The notes: generated from the letters alone by a model not told the origin. Counted from the stretch's first letter, positions 17,395-25,953 are shown. The stretch: DNA of 60,112 nucleotides from Candidatus Yanofskybacteria bacterium (GCA_016181105.1 JACOZX010000018.1:1-60112); one strand, 5' to 3'. Program-made: numbers and translations.

Positions 17395-18564
17395 TTACTT
17401 TTTGTAAAAATATCCTTGTCTGTGAAAGAGTGTGTAATTCTTTTTGTGCCATTTGTTATGGGTGTCCCACTCCCCCGCCTCTACTTTAATCAATCTCTCG
17501 CCTTCCGTGTTGCTAATCGGTTCATAACTTAGAAAGTTTACACTTCTGATCATGGCGCCAATTTTGAAAAACACGTCGCTTAGTCTGGAGAGATCGGTTT
17601 CAAAAAAAGCCAATCCTCCCGTAGTTTTTGCCAGTTCTTCCAAAAAGTCCGTTACTTGAGCCGCTCGGCTGGAGCCGAATATAAGAACCGGGTCTTGTTG
17701 GTAAAGACCGACGGTGTAAACCAACACTTGATTATTCTGCAGTTCACTTATTACTTCAGCCAGACTGTGGTCGTTAATTTTTATTTCCCCTGACGCTTGA
17801 GGGTCTGGTATATCCAAGCCGTCAGTCAGAACGACTGCCACTCTTAGAAAGTTACCACTGACATGTGAGAAGTGCCGGGCTAAGTTAAAAACGGCGTCCC
17901 TCAACGGCGTATTGCCTCCGGCCTGATTGGCTTTGCTGATACCAATCTCTATATCTTTGAGGTTGTTGGTCCAATCTTGGTTAATGAAAAGATTGGTTGA
18001 GGCTAAGGTTACCGTGTCATACTTTTTCATAAGAAAATAGTAGGTATTTCTAAAAAAGAAACTTCTCGGAATGTTGACACCGAAAGCGTCTTGCAGTTTG
18101 TCGGAGTCCAGAAAGTTAATTTCATAAGCAATTTCCGAAGCCAAGCCAACATCTTTTTCTTCCCTGAAAACAGAACGGAAAAGCGAACGGGCGGCATTTT
18201 TGGCCTGCTCCAGCTTGTTTTCTCCCAGTTGAGCGTTGGACTGAAAGGTCGGCACCATTGACTCGCTGGAATCTATGGCTACAGCCAAGGCAATCGCTTG
18301 GTCGTCATACCTATTGAAACTTTCTATGTTTTGCTCTGTCCAAACAACTTTGCCGCCAGAATCCTTTTCACCCTCAAAGATTCTGAAGTTTTCCTTGTTT
18401 AGCTTTAAGGTCTGACCTTTGTCAAATATTAAGAGCGGCAGATGCACGTTTTTAACCTCTACTCTAAACTGGGTTGGTTCCTGAACTGTTTTTTCGGCTG
18501 AAAAAGTGTTCAGGCTAAAAAGACAAAAAACGGAAACAACGCACAATTTCAAGCTTTTTCTCAT
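17395..18564 (-). CDS. secreted von Willebrand factor A domain protein
   Basis: 389 aa with a signal peptide, a MIDAS-like AIDSSESM and a later VLTDGLD. Confidence 0.7.
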   Translation of the reverse strand: MRKSLKLCVVSVFCLFSLNTFSAEKTVQEPTQFRVEVKNVHLPLLIFDKGQTLKLNKENFRIFEGEKDSGGKVVWTEQNIESFNRYDDQAIALAVAIDSSESMVPTFQSNAQLGENKLEQAKNAARSLFRSVFREEKDVGLASEIAYEINFLDSDKLQDAFGVNIPRSFFFRNTYYFLMKKYDTVTLASTNLFINQDWTNNLKDIEIGISKANQAGGNTPLRDAVFNLARHFSHVSGNFLRVAVVLTDGLDIPDPQASGEIKINDHSLAEVISELQNNQVLVYTVGLYQQDPVLIFGSSRAAQVTDFLEELAKTTGGLAFFETDLSRLSDVFFKIGAMIRSVNFLSYEPISNTEGERLIKVEAGEWDTHNKWHKKNYTLFHRQGYFYKK

Positions 18565-19244
18565 TTTTCTTCTCTTTCTTTCAGGGTAACGTGGACAAAA
18601 GATTCTTTCTCTCTAAGCATTTTTGATAAGTTGCCAATATCGCTAAAGTTAATGCTTGGATGCGGGTTAGTTTGCTTTATGCTCGGGTCATAGACAGGGA
18701 AAGGTCTTATGTCGTCTTCGCCTTGTCCTTTGAAGTAGCCAATAATCAGGCCGACTCCCGCTCCCCCGCCAATTCTTATTGCTAAGTCAGCGAGGTTAAT
18801 CCTATTGCTGTTTTTGTCAGCGGTTTCTGCGGTCTTGTCGTTTTTGTTAAGGCCGGCTATGTCTCGCCAGAATAAAGAAGAAAAACCCACAACGGCTCCG
18901 ATTGAACTGCCGGTTAAAAGTCCTTTAAGTTTTTCCGGTTTGCCCTGAATCAGGTAGACCGATTCTATTTGGCCGAGACCGATGCTTTGTAATATCTCGC
19001 CCCGCTTGTCTACGGCGACATACATCAGTTTTTTTTCCAAATCTAGGTGGTGAAAAAATCCGTCAACTATTTTAATAGTTATCATTGTGGATTCTTGCCG
19101 TGGTTCTTCATTTGCGATAGGAACTTGGGTAAAGCCGATAGGCGCGTAGAGTAATGTCAGAGTCAAAAAGAAAACGGGAAGAGATTTTAGTCTTACTTTC
19201 ATTGATACTCCTTTTGTTTTAAGGTTCTTGGCAAAAATTAACAC
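18561..19244 (-). CDS. hypothetical secreted/membrane protein with glycine-zipper segments
   Basis: 227 aa with a signal-like N-terminus, LLTGSSIGAVVGF and GGGAGVGLIIGYF. It overlaps the vWA gene by 4 nt. Confidence 0.5.
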   Translation of the reverse strand: MLIFAKNLKTKGVSMKVRLKSLPVFFLTLTLLYAPIGFTQVPIANEEPRQESTMITIKIVDGFFHHLDLEKKLMYVAVDKRGEILQSIGLGQIESVYLIQGKPEKLKGLLTGSSIGAVVGFSSLFWRDIAGLNKNDKTAETADKNSNRINLADLAIRIGGGAGVGLIIGYFKGQGEDDIRPFPVYDPSIKQTNPHPSINFSDIGNLSKMLREKESFVHVTLKEREEK

Positions 19245-19296
19245 AAAAAAAAGAGGCTGTAAACCTCTCTATGGCTATGGGGCAAGGCCCCTTTTG

Positions 19297-20502
19297 TCAG
19301 CTAGGGACGACTATCCAGTTAACGGTTTGCTTTACCGTTTTTGCTCTCAAGTTGTCAGTAATGACGAAAGTTATGAAATAGTTGCCGGGGTTAAGGGTCG
19401 TGGGGAAAGTCAGACCAAAACTGGCCAACCGGCGCGAGTCTCTGACTGCATTTACAAATTGGTTGGCTGCGGAAATTTTAATTTCCGGCAGTTCTTTGAC
19501 CAAAACCGGCGGGTCTTTTTTGCTTAATTTTAGCTCAACAACAATTTTAACCAGCAAATCGGGCGACTCAAAGGTTTCTCCGCTGGCAAGTTTTTTTTCT
19601 TCAAATCTGACGCCTTCCAACAGGAAAAAAGTCGCCGGAGGCTGGTCTTTTTGAAAGATCAGCTCCAAAAAACCGGCATTTTTGAACTTCATAAGTTCTT
19701 TGCGAAGGCTTTCAAATTCGTCGGACAGGCTAGTGAGGCTTTGACTGAATGATTCAAGAGATTCCTCAATTTCTTTTTCATTTTCCGGAAAAAGTTTGAC
19801 CAATCGCTCAATGTCTTTTGATTCGGAGTTAAGCGTTCTTTGCCACTTAAGGATTCGGTTTACCGCTTCAAGAGCCTTTTTGGTCTTGGCAGATTGACGG
19901 CTCAATAAATCTTGTATTTTTTTGTCCTTCACGTTTTCCGGTTCTTGGGAGGCTCTTATCTCATTGGTTTCCTTTGTGAAGTCAGCGACAGAAGAGTCCA
20001 GGGTTTTAAAAAGCTCAAGAAAAGCGTCCAGTTGTTCTTTCTGTAACTTGTTCAGAGGCTCTATTTTGGTGTTGAAAGCAACGGAAGCCACGGACAGCTC
20101 GGGCAGAGCGGCTGTGGCTTTGGCCAGACGACTCAAAGCACCAACCCCGAACATATCAGCGCTACGATAAGCTCCGCCAAAAACCTGTTCTAAGATTTGG
20201 CCGACATCGGTTTTCGGTGCGTCAGCGTAGATAAGCTTGTATCCGGAGTAACTTTGCGTGAAACAGAGCTGGGCAAGCAGTCTGTCTCTTTCTGAATCAG
20301 GCAGATCATTGCTTAACAAAAACTGTTCAACGGTTGAGTTAGTTTCCATAAAAATATAGAGCATCTGATCTTCCTGAAAATACCAGCTTTCTACATTTGG
20401 CGGACTTTCTATTACAACAGTCTGCGTAAATTCATTCCAGCAGTTGGAGCTGATTATTATGTCTGAAGGGTTGGAGATTCTAAGAGCAACTCTTGACGGC
20501 AC
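19297..20502 (-). CDS. hypothetical coiled-coil protein (the frame stays open upstream to 20700)
   Basis: 401 aa from a GTG start. The same frame has no stop for another 66 codons upstream and overlaps the lipoprotein ORF by 22 nt. Confidence 0.5.
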   Translation of the reverse strand: MPSRVALRISNPSDIIISSNCWNEFTQTVVIESPPNVESWYFQEDQMLYIFMETNSTVEQFLLSNDLPDSERDRLLAQLCFTQSYSGYKLIYADAPKTDVGQILEQVFGGAYRSADMFGVGALSRLAKATAALPELSVASVAFNTKIEPLNKLQKEQLDAFLELFKTLDSSVADFTKETNEIRASQEPENVKDKKIQDLLSRQSAKTKKALEAVNRILKWQRTLNSESKDIERLVKLFPENEKEIEESLESFSQSLTSLSDEFESLRKELMKFKNAGFLELIFQKDQPPATFFLLEGVRFEEKKLASGETFESPDLLVKIVVELKLSKKDPPVLVKELPEIKISAANQFVNAVRDSRRLASFGLTFPTTLNPGNYFITFVITDNLRAKTVKQTVNWIVVPS

Positions 20503-20678
20503 CCTAAAGTTCTTGTTTAGTTTGTCCGGTTCGCCCCTTACTTCTCTGACCCACTCTCTGTCGTCAAGTCCGTATTTTCTTTCTATCTTCTCTTTTTTTA
20601 TCGGTTTATCGCCAAATTCGGGGGCTGATTTAATTAAAGAGTCGGCCTTTTTAGCCAGTATTTTTATCTCTTCAATTT

Positions 20679-20924
20679 TCAGCTTAAGCTCTTCAAAATT
20701 TTATATCCTCTGCTTCGTTTTTCCAGCAGTTTACTGTTTAGTTCGTGGTAATCCTTTTCCAAAGAATTTAGTTTTTTCAAAAAAGAGTTCTTCTGTTTGG
20801 CGACTTCTTTTTGTTCTTGGGTTTGTTTTTCTTTTTCAGGGCCGGGAGCGGGAAGATGGACACTTTTCCCGCAGGCCGTCAGTAAAATGACAGACAAGCA
20901 TAAAACCAGCGAAAAGCGTCTCAT
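20679..20924 (-). CDS. small lipoprotein (possibly the N-terminus of the following ORF)
   Basis: 81 aa with the lipobox-like LSVILLTAC-G. Confidence 0.5.
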   Translation of the reverse strand: MRRFSLVLCLSVILLTACGKSVHLPAPGPEKEKQTQEQKEVAKQKNSFLKKLNSLEKDYHELNSKLLEKRSRGYKILKSLS

Positions 20925-21122
20925 TTTTCCTCCTTCCTTTACGCAAACAAAAAACGGAGTTTTCGGTTCTATATTCCCGGTGTTAGAAAAATGTTGTCAA
21001 AAAACAACACAATCTACCTAGGAATAGAGTCGAAAACCCCGGTTTCTGCTGGGATTTGCCCTTTTCTTTTCAGTAGTCTTGGCTAAGCATATTCTTTGTC
21101 CCGCGGGATGTCAATTCGGTGT

Positions 21123-21506
21123 TCAGCGGAAATCTGCCAAGGCATTTTTAAAATGCAACACCTTTGCCTTACTGTCAAGTTTGTTGACTATTATAGACAA
21201 GATGTCAACTCGCCACTCTTTTTCATTATTTTGTTTTTGACTATTTAAGTACAAGCTGGCGGTTCTGATAATGTGGCTGGCTTTTTTGGGGTTAACTCTT
21301 AATTCCGGACCAAAACTGCTTCCAAATTCTTTGCTGTTCGTTTTGACTTCGCAAAAAACGGTTACTCCTTCTTTTTCGGCAATTATATCTATCTCGCCCC
21401 AAGGTTTTCGGTAATTTCTGGCAATTATTCTATATCCCCTGCTTTCCAAGTATCTGGCGGCGATATTTTCACCCAGAAAACCAATTTTTTTGTTATCGTT
21501 AGGCAT
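21123..21506 (-). CDS. yraN: YraN family (UPF0102) endonuclease-like protein
   Basis: 127 aa with GENIAARYLESRGYRIIARNYR..GEIDIIA. Confidence 0.8.
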   Translation of the reverse strand: MPNDNKKIGFLGENIAARYLESRGYRIIARNYRKPWGEIDIIAEKEGVTVFCEVKTNSKEFGSSFGPELRVNPKKASHIIRTASLYLNSQKQNNEKEWRVDILSIIVNKLDSKAKVLHFKNALADFR

Positions 21507-21516
21507 AAGTAGTTTT

Positions 21517-21699
21517 AAGTTTGGATGATTATTACTTTTTCCGGACGTTCGTTTTCCCCAGCGAGGAAAACTTCACTCGTTGCAGTCTGTGGATTCCCGA
21601 CCAGAGTCGGGACATAGCCATCGATGGCTATGCAACCTGCCTGTCGGCAGACAGGTCCACAGCCTGCAGCGCCTACAAAAGCAATAATCATCCAAACTT
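21517..21699 (+). ncRNA. A-type structured element, copy 1 (unclassified ncRNA or structured MITE)
   Basis: A 23-bp closing helix with one mismatch. The conserved core is TTTTTCCGGACG..CCAGCG loop..GCAGTCTGTGG/CCACAGCCTGC, with three internal hairpins. Confidence 0.7.
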
Positions 21700-21705
21700 A
21701 TTCCA

Positions 21706-21723
21706 GTGTTTCGCACGAAACAC
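21706..21723. repeat. C-type palindrome GTGTTTCGCACGAAACAC
   Basis: A perfect 18-bp palindrome, 7 nt after element A1. Confidence 0.85.
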
Positions 21724-21979
21724 CCCCAAGTCATAAAGTGGACAACTTTTTGACACAAAAACCTAAAAATACTACAATTACCAAGTGATTCTCGGCAGAG
21801 AATTTTTGCTTTAAAATATAGTTTTTCTCTGTTATAGCCGATTCTATAACAACTTTAACATTGGTACTCGCATAAAAAAAGCTTTCTCTTTTACGGCTAG
21901 AACTCTTGTCAAATTAACCAGAGCCAAAGAGGATAAAATAAGGGTTTTTAAATCTTTTTGCCAAAAGGACGTTTTCTTT

Positions 21980-22993
21980 TTGTTTTTGGCTATTTTTCTT
22001 TCCAGCCAGTTAATTTTTACCAAAGGTTCTTTGTCTTACGGACAAGATGAAACCTACTCAATTAAAGACTATATTGAAGAAGTAGCTATTCCTGCAAGAA
22101 TCTTAACCAAAATACAGTCAGCGGAAGCCAATAGTTTGGCTTCTTTTGTTGGCTTGGAATCTCACGGTTTTTTGCCAAATCCGGTCAATACGCTCCAACA
22201 AACGTCTCTTATGGCCTTTAATTCCTTGGAAAACAACCTATCTGAATTCAAAAGCAACGGAAAAGGGGACCAGATTTCAATCTATACCGTACAAGAGGGA
22301 GATACCCTCTCTTTTATTGCCTCTGACTTTGGTGTTAGTACAAATACAATAATCTGGGCCAATAGTTTAAAAGACATTGACAGTATCAGGCCGGGAGACG
22401 AACTTAAGATTCCACCCATAAACGGGGTCGTACACAAGGTGAAAAAAGGGGATACTATTTCCTCTGTTGCCCAAAAATATGCGGCAGAACAAGAGAAAAT
22501 CATTGAGTTTAATGCTTTACCGAAAGACGGCTCTTTGCAGATTGATGATGAGCTGATTATCCCCGATGGCAAGAAGGCTTCCACTGGAGTTGCCTCGGGT
22601 AGTCAGTCTTCTGCCAGGAGATTTGCTTATTTGCCGGATTTAACTGACTTTTTTATGCTTCCGGCCATTGGCAGAAACTGGGGGATAATTCATGGCAGGA
22701 ATGGGGTTGATATAGCTAACAGTTGCGGAACGCCAATTTACGCGGCGGCTGGTGGTGTTGCGGCTATATCAGACGCGGTTGGTTGGAATGGCGGGTTTGG
22801 TAAATTTATAAAACTTGTCCATTCAAACGGCACAGAAACAATTTATGCTCATGCCAGCAAACTCCTTGTAAATCAAGGGCAAACAGTATCTAAAGGCGAA
22901 CAAGTGGCTATTATGGGTACAACCGGACGCTCAACGGGTTGTCATTTGCATTTTGAGGTTCATGGCGCCAAAAATCCTCTGGCTAAGTACTAA
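21980..22993 (+). CDS. LysM-domain M23 family peptidoglycan endopeptidase
   Basis: Two LysM repeats (GDTLSFIASDFGVSTNTI, GDTISSVAQKYAAEQEKI) and an M23 core (GVDIA..HSNGTETIYAHAS..GTTGRSTGCHLHFEV). The start (TTG) is uncertain. Confidence 0.85.
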   Translation: MFLAIFLSSQLIFTKGSLSYGQDETYSIKDYIEEVAIPARILTKIQSAEANSLASFVGLESHGFLPNPVNTLQQTSLMAFNSLENNLSEFKSNGKGDQISIYTVQEGDTLSFIASDFGVSTNTIIWANSLKDIDSIRPGDELKIPPINGVVHKVKKGDTISSVAQKYAAEQEKIIEFNALPKDGSLQIDDELIIPDGKKASTGVASGSQSSARRFAYLPDLTDFFMLPAIGRNWGIIHGRNGVDIANSCGTPIYAAAGGVAAISDAVGWNGGFGKFIKLVHSNGTETIYAHASKLLVNQGQTVSKGEQVAIMGTTGRSTGCHLHFEVHGAKNPLAKY

Positions 22994-23013
22994 ATGTTTC
23001 GCACGAAACATTT
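22992..23013. repeat. C-type palindrome AAATGTTTCGCACGAAACATTT (possible bidirectional terminator)
   Basis: A perfect 22-bp palindrome overlapping the stop of the M23 gene. Confidence 0.85.
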
Positions 23014-23060
23014 TGAAAGTAACAAAAAAACCGTCCTCGTGGATGGTTTTACATTATAAA

Positions 23061-23630
23061 CTAAGGACTTTTTAAAGTTATCTTGTAACTTTCGTCTAAG
23101 TTAAGTAACCCCTCTTCGTACATTAACCAACACTGGTTTTTCACTTCTTCTAGTATTGAATTAAAGTCAATAAATCCTTCTTCGCCCAAGTCATTCTTGT
23201 AAAATTCTTCTACTGTGGCTTTATAAAGCTCCTTTGAACTTATTGGCTGTTTTTCTTCTATAACCTTAACAATAGCTTCTCTTGTTTCTTTTTTGTCTTC
23301 TTCCTTTGCTTTTGCTCTTTGACGTCTGGACTCCGCTAATGCTTCTGGTGGGAGGAGAAAGGCCAAACTTGCGTCATCTTCAATTTCGTAAGGACTGACC
23401 TCGCGAATGGTGTATCCGCCTTTTTCGGTACTAAAACTTCTTTTAAAACCCAACTTTCCTTTTTTTATTTCAACTAACTCGTCAGCAAGCAAGCGCTGGA
23501 TAGCAGTATGGATAGTTTTGTTTACTATTTTTATTACTTCTTCTTCGCTATTTACTAATGAATCTCTGCATATTATAGCGTAAACAGCTTCGCCAATCTT
23601 TTCTCGGTCTTCTGGGTTTATAGAAAACAT
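23061..23630 (-). CDS. hypothetical protein
   Basis: 189 aa with a basic/acidic central linker (RRQRAKAKEEDKKETRE) and no motif I recognise. Confidence 0.5.
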   Translation of the reverse strand: MFSINPEDREKIGEAVYAIICRDSLVNSEEEVIKIVNKTIHTAIQRLLADELVEIKKGKLGFKRSFSTEKGGYTIREVSPYEIEDDASLAFLLPPEALAESRRQRAKAKEEDKKETREAIVKVIEEKQPISSKELYKATVEEFYKNDLGEEGFIDFNSILEEVKNQCWLMYEEGLLNLDESYKITLKSP

Positions 23631-23732
23631 GTAAGTCTCCTTTAAATTTCAATGAACTCAAAAAATCTTAACAAAAGGAGATAGATAGTCAAATTAGAAA
23701 GAAAAAGCTTGAAAAATAAGACTTTTTTAGTG

Positions 23733-23893
23733 TTGCGCCAAACGGTAATGTTGGTTATGCCAGGCGCTGTGCCAAGTGGCGCTGTGGTGTGCCATTGGCG
23801 CAATGACTTGGCGCTATGTTGTGCCACCGCTGTGCCAAGTGGCACTAGCGCCAAAAGTTTTGGCACTAGTGCCAATTGTTTGGCGCTATGCCA
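23733..23893. repeat. dense array of TTGGCRC/GYGCCAA half-sites (iteron- or operator-like)
   Basis: Nine exact half-sites lie within ~160 bp. They include the palindromes GCGCCAAAAGTTTTGGCAC and GTGCCAATTGTTTGGCGC and the duplicated units CTGTGCCAAGTGGCRC and TTGGCGCTATG. Confidence 0.75.
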
Positions 23894-23927
23894 TTTTTCC
23901 TAGATCATGGAGCCTGAAACCAACGGC

Positions 23928-25326
23928 TTATTTAATGTGATTGGCGGTTATGGTGTCGTTGTTTTCTAAATCAGCGATTGTCCGGCTTATTTTCAACATA
24001 CGATGGTAGCCTCGGCCTGAAATGCCATGTTTTTCAACAAATCTGCCGAGTATCAGTTCGGCCTCCGGTTTTAAATTACAAATTTTGTGTATATTCCTAA
24101 AACCTACTTCGGAGTTGGTGAGTAAATTATATTTTTTTAGTCTTTCCGCTTGAATTTCTCTTGCTTTTTCAACCTTTTTCCTTAATTCCAAAGAAGATTC
24201 TGAAGACCGGGTGTCTTTGAGGTTGGCAAATGTTTCGCGCGAAACATAAACCTGGATATCTATCCGGTCTAAAAGAGGACCGGAGATCTTTTTTTTGTAT
24301 CTTATGACATTTGCTTGCGGGCAATAACAAGTTTCCGTTTCACTGCCGAAGTTTCCGCAGGGACAAGGATTCATGGAAGCCACAAGCATAAATCTGGCCG
24401 GAAAATGACCGGAACCGGAGGCTCTGGCAACTGTCACCGAGCCTTCTTCCATGGGTTGTCTTAAAGATTCTAAGACATTTCTTGGGAATTCCGGCAGTTC
24501 GTCCAGAAAAAGCACTCCTCTGTGAGCCAAACTAATCTCGCCGGGGCGGGGGATAGAACCGCCGCCGATAATTCCCGGAGCTGAATAAAATAGTTGCTAA
24601 AGCTTTGGCCAGTATAGTCTTTCCTGAACCGGGCGGACCAAACATTAAAATATTGTGGCCACCGGCGGCGGCCACTAAAAGCGCTCTTTTGGCTCCTTCT
24701 TGGCCTTTAATATTGGCAAAGTCGTAGTCGCTTTCCTGTTTGTCAGAGCTAATCTGATGAAAAGAAGTTTGTTTTTCAGGCTCAATTTCAATCTCACTTT
24801 TTAAGTAAGAAACCAGTTCTTTTAAGTTGTTAACCCCAACAACTCTAATGTCGTTTACCAAGGCTGCCTCCTTAGCGTTCAATTTGGGTACCAGGATCTC
24901 ATAAAAGCCCATTTTACTGGCTAAAACTGCCATAGACAAGATACCGTTAATCGGTCGCAAGGAACCGTCTAAAGAAAGCTCGCCGGCAAAAAGGCGAGCT
25001 TTCTTTGGGTCTATTTTTACTTGCAAAGTTGCTGCCAGGTAGCCTACGGCAATCGGCAAGTCAAAAGACGAACCCTCCTTTTTTATGCTAGCCGGGGCCA
25101 GATTGACTATAATCCTTAAGTTTTTTGACTTTGGATTGGCAAAACCGCTGTTTCTAATGGCCGAATCCAACCTGTCTTTAGATTCCTCAACACTTTTGTC
25201 GGGCAAACCGACAATGTTGAAAAAATGCAGTCCCGGGAAGGAGTCAACCTCAACATCAATTTTTACCGCATCCAAACCGTTTAAAGCGGCGGAAGAAACC
25301 ATTACAGACATATTTACTCCCCCCAT
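23928..25326 (-). pseudogene. comM: Mg-chelatase-like competence protein ComM/YifB, internally deleted and frameshifted
   Basis: The N-terminal ORF ends ..GPPGSGKTILAKALATILFSS. The C-terminal ORF resumes in another frame at GIIGGGSIPRPGEISLAHRGVLFLDE. About 45 residues normally found between these blocks are absent. Confidence 0.75.
24230..24247. repeat. C-type palindrome ATGTTTCGCGCGAAACAT inside the comM coding sequence
   Basis: A perfect 18-bp palindrome, translated as YVSRETF. Confidence 0.85.
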
Positions 25327-25335
25327 AGTTAGTTT

Positions 25336-25361
25336 AAAAATGTTTCGCGCGAAACATTTTT
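25336..25361. repeat. C-type palindrome AAAAATGTTTCGCGCGAAACATTTTT (possible bidirectional terminator)
   Basis: A perfect 26-bp palindrome between the dksA-like stop and the comM start. Confidence 0.85.
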
Positions 25362-25731
25362 AGGCTGATCTTGGTTTTTGTCTGGCACAATCCATGCAAA
25401 ACTTAGCTACGGGCATAACTTTTAGACGAGTTGGGGCAATTTCCACAGAACAAGTTTCACATTGGCCGTAAGTGCCTTCTTTAATTTTTTCAATAGTCGA
25501 TCTAATATCTCTTAATCTTGTCACGAGGTTGTTTTTTAGTATATTCAGTCTTTCAAATTCTTCTATTTCTCTCGCATTCTCGTCAATACCGGAGCCTTCA
25601 TTAGGAAATGGCACGATAAAACCATCCTCGGTATTAGGGTCTTTTTTAGCGAAAGCAGCCAACTCCGATAGTATTTCGTTTTCTTCTTTTCGCAGGCTCT
25701 CTAAAAGTTTTTGTTGTTCATCTTTAGTCAT
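25360..25731 (-). CDS. DksA/TraR family C4-type zinc-finger protein
   Basis: CETCSVEI..(17 aa)..CMDC at the C-terminus with a coiled-coil N-terminal part. The start is placed at the ATG. Confidence 0.7.
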   Translation of the reverse strand: MTKDEQQKLLESLRKEENEILSELAAFAKKDPNTEDGFIVPFPNEGSGIDENAREIEEFERLNILKNNLVTRLRDIRSTIEKIKEGTYGQCETCSVEIAPTRLKVMPVAKFCMDCARQKPRSA

Positions 25732-25953
25732 AAGCAACAACTAAGGTTAACACAAACTTTTTCATTATTCAAAAATATAAACCCCATCACCATTCAGGCT
25801 CATAATTTAAAGAAAAGCAAGGCTTTATTGAAGAACCGCCTACGGCTTGGATTGTTGTAAGTGGTTGCATTTCTCTGAAAGGTGAGGGGTTGTTGTTTTC
25901 TACTGACCGCTCGCCAAGTAAAACTTGGTTCGTGTCTAGAAAAAACAAAAAAA

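Noticed and set aside
20679-20703. Programmed -1 ribosomal frameshifting linking the lipoprotein ORF and the 401-aa ORF.
   Set aside because: There is no canonical X XXY YYZ heptamer in the zero frame and no obvious downstream pseudoknot. An indel in the A4T4 run, or two separate genes, is more likely.
21521-21758. Small ORFs inside the A-type elements (21521..21736, 33641..33856, 52202..52435) sharing FFPDARF..KLALC.LWI.
   Set aside because: The similarity follows from the conserved nucleotide core. Substitutions between copies are paired across stems (structure-preserving), start codons are not conserved, and the ORFs run through hairpin arms.
23642-23903. ORFs 23642..23875(-) and 23709..23903(+), and the idea that the 23733-23893 repeats form a CRISPR array.
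   Set aside because: The ORFs are translations of the half-site array (reiterated AVPSG/LGTA peptides). The repeats are 7-16 nt, irregularly spaced and in both orientations, with no repeat-spacer periodicity and no cas genes.
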